DNA of 64,000 nucleotides from Escherichia coli (GTDB lineage Bacteria; Pseudomonadota; Gammaproteobacteria; Enterobacterales; Enterobacteriaceae): NCBI RefSeq assembly GCF_044324785.1, contig NZ_CP172127.1; one strand, 5' to 3'. Shown piece by piece: positions 60,362 to 64,000 of this stretch (position 1 is its first letter; each line of letters starts with the position of its first letter). The notes under the pieces were generated by a model. It saw only the letters and a program-made list of their open reading frames with translations, ran no database searches and was not told where the DNA came from. The position numbers and the translations under genes were made by a program.

Positions 60362-61210
60362 ATGGGGAAAGAAGTGATGGGAAAAAAAGAGAACGAGATG
60401 GCGCAGGAAAAAGAGCGTCCAGCCGGAAGCCAGAGTCTGTTTCGTGGGTTGATGCTGATTGAGATTTTGAGCAACTATCCAAACGGTTGTCCGTTGGCGC
60501 ATCTTTCGGAGCTGGCTGGTTTAAATAAGAGTACCGTCCATCGCTTATTGCAGGGATTACAATCCTGCGGCTATGTGACCACCGCGCCCGCCGCAGGGAG
60601 TTACCGCCTGACTACCAAATTTATTGCCGTCGGGCAGAAGGCGCTGTCTTCGCTGAATATCATTCATATCGCCGCTCCGCATCTTGAGGCACTGAACATC
60701 GCCACTGGTGAAACCATTAACTTCTCCAGCCGCGAAGACGATCACGCTATTTTAATTTATAAGCTGGAACCCACAACCGGGATGCTGCGAACTCGTGCCT
60801 ATATAGGCCAGCATATGCCGCTCTACTGTTCCGCAATGGGCAAGATCTACATGGCGTTTGGTCACCCGGACTACGTGAAGTCATACTGGGAAAGCCATCA
60901 GCAAGAGATCCAGCCGTTAACCCGCAATACCATTACCGAGCTGCCTGCGATGTTCGACGAACTGGCGCACATTCGTGAAAGCGGAGCGGCGATGGACAGA
61001 GAAGAAAACGAACTCGGCGTCTCCTGTATTGCTGTTCCGGTGTTTGATATTCATGGGCGGGTGCCGTACGCCGTGTCGATTTCGCTTTCGACATCACGTC
61101 TGAAACAGGTGGGGGAGAAAAATCTCCTGAAACCACTGCGTGAAACCGCGCAGGCTATTTCTAATGAACTGGGATTTACTGTCAGGGACGACCAGGGCGC
61201 GATCACATAA
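60362..61210 (+). CDS. yiaJ: IclR-family repressor of the yiaK-sgbE operon
   Basis: 282-aa ORF; IclR HTH and effector domain; divergent from yiaK. Confidence 0.9.
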   Translation: MGKEVMGKKENEMAQEKERPAGSQSLFRGLMLIEILSNYPNGCPLAHLSELAGLNKSTVHRLLQGLQSCGYVTTAPAAGSYRLTTKFIAVGQKALSSLNIIHIAAPHLEALNIATGETINFSSREDDHAILIYKLEPTTGMLRTRAYIGQHMPLYCSAMGKIYMAFGHPDYVKSYWESHQQEIQPLTRNTITELPAMFDELAHIRESGAAMDREENELGVSCIAVPVFDIHGRVPYAVSISLSTSRLKQVGEKNLLKPLRETAQAISNELGFTVRDDQGAIT

Positions 61211-61311
61211 CGCTTTGGACAAGTGCCAAAACCTTAACATTTCCTTCGTTGGATCAAAGCAGTAGAGACGCGCTCTCTGGCACTCTGCTGTTTTAGTGCA
61301 AAGGAGTGATC

Positions 61312-61785
61312 ATGAACCGGTTTATTATTGCGGATGCGACGAAATGTATCGGTTGCCGTACCTGTGAAGTGGCTTGCGCAGTGTCGCATCAGGAGAATCA
61401 GGATTGCGCTGCGTTGTCACCAGACGAGTTTATTTCCCGTATTCGTGTCATTAAAGACCACACATGGACCACGGCTGTAGCCTGCCATCAGTGTGAAGAT
61501 GCACCGTGCGCGAATGTCTGCCCTGTTGACGCGATAAGCCGCGAACATGGGCATATTTTCGTTGAACAATCACGTTGCATTGGCTGTAAAAGCTGTATGC
61601 TGGCTTGCCCGTTTGGTGCGATGGAGGTCGTTTCTTCGCGCAAAAAGGCGAGGGCGATTAAGTGCGATCTGTGCTGGCATCGGGCGACGGGACCGGCCTG
61701 TGTTGAAGCCTGCCCGACAAAGGCGTTGCAGTGCATGGATGTCGAGAAAGTGCAGCGGCATCGGCTACGGCAGCAGCCTGTTTGA
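61312..61785 (+). CDS. ysaA: 4Fe-4S ferredoxin-type protein
   Basis: ORF 61306-61785; multiple CxxCxxCxxxCP clusters. Confidence 0.88.
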   Translation: MNRFIIADATKCIGCRTCEVACAVSHQENQDCAALSPDEFISRIRVIKDHTWTTAVACHQCEDAPCANVCPVDAISREHGHIFVEQSRCIGCKSCMLACPFGAMEVVSSRKKARAIKCDLCWHRATGPACVEACPTKALQCMDVEKVQRHRLRQQPV

Positions 61786-61804
61786 AACGTTTTTCCGGCG
61801 TTTC

Positions 61805-61940
61805 TCAACGCCGGGATAGTGCGCTTTGTTTATGCCGGATGCGGCTAAAACGCCTTATCCGGCCTACAAATTCTACCAAATTCAATATATTGCAGAAATC
61901 ATGTAGGCCTGATAAGCGTAGCGCATCAGGCAATTTTTAG
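61805..61940. repeat. REP/BIME cluster
   Basis: gccggatgcggc...ccttatccggcctac and gtaggcctgataagcgtagcgcatcaggcaa. Confidence 0.8.
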
Positions 61941-63190
61941 TGACTTTCAGCCCAGGCTCTTTCTATCTCTTCTGCCAGAATCTTCACTCCCGCCTCAATT
62001 TTCTCCGGCTCCGGCACGTAGTTCATGCGCATACATTGATGTGTATGTGGCCACGGTTTATCCAGCCCTGGGAAGAAGTTGTGCCCCGGCACCATCAGCA
62101 CGCCCCGTGCTTTCAGGCGCTGGTAGAGCTGCTCGGTCGTAATTGGCAAATCCTTAAACCATAACCAGAGGAAAATGGCTCCTTCCGGTTTATGAATCAG
62201 GCAGCGATCTTCCGGTAAATAGCGGCGAATGATAGCGATAGTTTCCTGAACACGCTGGTAGTAAAACGGTTTGATGACTGTTTCAGACAGGCGCAGCAGA
62301 TCGTTACGCTTAATCATTTCACACATCATCGCCGGACCAATACCGCCAGGTGCCAGGCTGATAATGCCGTTCATATTGGTGATGGCGGTGATGATTTTTT
62401 CATTGGCGATGATAATGCCGCAGCGGGAGCCAGGTAGACCCAGCTTGGAAAGACTCATGCACAGTACGATATTCGGATTCCACAGCGGGCGCGCTTCGCT
62501 GAAGATGATACCCGGGAACGGGACGCCATAAGCGTTATCAATCACCAGCGGAATGCCGTGTTGATTCGCCAGCGCGTCAAGCTTCAGCAACTCTTCGTCA
62601 GTAATCACATTGCCTGTTGGATTCGTCGGCCGGGAGACGCAAATCATCCCGGTTTCTTCGCCAATATGCAGATGCTCAAAATCGACGTGGTATTTAAACT
62701 GGCCTTCCGGCAGCAGTTCAATATTCGGACGCGCAGAGACAAACAGATCTTCTTCCAGTCCGGCGTCAGCGTAGCCAATGTATTCCGGTGCCAGCGGAAA
62801 CAGCACTTTTTTGACCCGACCATCGGCACGGCGTCCGGCAAACAGATTAAATAAGTAGAAAAACGCGCTCTGGCTGCCGTTTGTTAGTGCAATATTCTGT
62901 GGTTCGATATCCCAACCCAACTTCTCGCGCAGCATTCCGGCAAGCAGTGTGAGTAGCTCCGTTTTCCCCTGTGGACCGTCGTAATTGCACAGTGCATCAG
63001 TCGCTTTGCCACTTTCCAGCATGTCGGTCAGTAGCGTCTGGAAGTAGTCCTGCATTTCCGGGATCTGCGCTGGATTACCGCCGCCGAGCATAATCGCGCC
63101 AGGCGTGCGTAAACCGTCGTTCAGATCTTCCATCAGCAGCGTAATGCCGGAGTGGCGGGTAAATTTGTCACCAAAAAGGGAGAATGTCAT
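61937..63190 (-). CDS. avtA: Valine-pyruvate aminotransferase
   Basis: ORF 61937-63295; start trimmed to MTFSLFGDKFTRHSG (ATG checked at 63188-63190) giving 417 aa. Confidence 0.9.
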   Translation of the reverse strand: MTFSLFGDKFTRHSGITLLMEDLNDGLRTPGAIMLGGGNPAQIPEMQDYFQTLLTDMLESGKATDALCNYDGPQGKTELLTLLAGMLREKLGWDIEPQNIALTNGSQSAFFYLFNLFAGRRADGRVKKVLFPLAPEYIGYADAGLEEDLFVSARPNIELLPEGQFKYHVDFEHLHIGEETGMICVSRPTNPTGNVITDEELLKLDALANQHGIPLVIDNAYGVPFPGIIFSEARPLWNPNIVLCMSLSKLGLPGSRCGIIIANEKIITAITNMNGIISLAPGGIGPAMMCEMIKRNDLLRLSETVIKPFYYQRVQETIAIIRRYLPEDRCLIHKPEGAIFLWLWFKDLPITTEQLYQRLKARGVLMVPGHNFFPGLDKPWPHTHQCMRMNYVPEPEKIEAGVKILAEEIERAWAESH

Positions 63191-63367
63191 AGCGGGATAT
63201 CTGTCGAACTCTGTAGCAAGGAAGGTAACAATAACGCTACATTTGCTGGGGTGCAAATCGCTCTGTTGAAGAGGGAACGGTGCTTTATCCTGCAACGCTG
63301 ATTAGGTCTGACATTTTATCCTGGTTGGCGGCTTCCCGAGGTACTGACGAACGGGAAGCCGGAAAAG

Positions 63368-64000
63368 TCACTGTTGCCCAGCCCAGATGACCAGCACTTT
63401 ATCGTCGCCATGCTCACGAACAAAGCCGTAGCCCTGCTTCAGCGAAAGTGTCGTTTGTTTGCCCGCGCCAATTGCGGGATGGCGGGCGCGGAACTGGCTG
63501 ATTTTCTGCCAGTGCGCGACGCTGGCGGCAGATTTACCGCTAACATCCTGCCAGTTCATATCCGAACGCGTACCTTGCAGCGGATCCGAACCGGTGGGGC
63601 CGAACGGACGCGAGGATTCATCACCATAAAAGATTTGTACCGCGCCTGGCGCTAATAATAATAACTCTGCTGCTTTGTCGCCCCCTTCACGGAACAGGCG
63701 GGTATCATGTGATGAGAGGTAGCTCAACACGTTGAAATCCTGCAATTTCTCCGCCATTTGCTGCCAGGTCGTATCCATCTGCGCCAGACAATCGACTGCT
63801 TTCGCCGCCTGCTCCTGATAATCGAAATTGATCATCGCATCGAAGCCGTGGCGATAGTAGTCACTTTGCATCACGCCGTGGCCCCAGGCTTCACCGGTCA
63901 TCCAGAACGGTTTGTCATCTAATGCTTTGTCGGGATTCGCTTTTTTCCATTCGCGAAGCGCGGCGCTGGCTTCGGTTTTCAGTTGCTGCCAGGCGGGCAA
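63368..64000 (-). CDS. malS: Periplasmic alpha-amylase, C-terminal part (5' end outside window)
   Basis: Open frame to window edge ending ...VLVIWAGQQ; position next to avtA. Confidence 0.8.
   Translation of the reverse strand: MPAWQQLKTEASAALREWKKANPDKALDDKPFWMTGEAWGHGVMQSDYYRHGFDAMINFDYQEQAAKAVDCLAQMDTTWQQMAEKLQDFNVLSYLSSHDTRLFREGGDKAAELLLLAPGAVQIFYGDESSRPFGPTGSDPLQGTRSDMNWQDVSGKSAASVAHWQKISQFRARHPAIGAGKQTTLSLKQGYGFVREHGDDKVLVIWAGQQ

Overview
This window reads as an Escherichia coli chromosomal segment covering the kbl-tdh to avtA-malS backbone (about 81 min on the K-12 map), in reverse orientation to K-12 as I recall it. All gene calls rest on recognising the supplied ORF translations, hallmark motifs and gene order; no database search was run. 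The conserved backbone is kbl', tdh, waaH, yibQ-envC-gpmM, yibN, grxC, secB, gpsA, cysE, trmL, lldDRP, yibL, yibT, mtlRDA, yibIH, rhs, yibF, selAB, yiaY, aldB, yiaWV, yiaU, yiaT, sgbEUH-lyxK-yiaONM-yiaLK, yiaJ, ysaA, avtA, malS'. Five loci appear to be insertions or variants relative to K-12: (1) a 1904-aa trimeric autotransporter adhesin with near-identical tandem repeats plus an upstream SadB-like lipoprotein, between lldP and yibL; (2) an Rhs protein whose AT-rich C-terminal tip carries an HEMGH zinc-metallopeptidase motif, followed by three small AT-rich genes, two with signal peptides (candidate periplasmic immunity proteins); (3) a 431-aa Fic-domain protein with an internal inhibitory motif between yiaY and aldB, preceded by twin palindromes; (4) an AraC regulator, GPH transporter and GH127-like glycosidase island between yiaT and sgbE; (5) a 306-aa unknown gene inside the yiaK-sgbE operon. 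The Rhs metallopeptidase module and the Fic protein are the best candidates for something not yet characterised. No rRNA, tRNA, CRISPR array or IS element was recognised.
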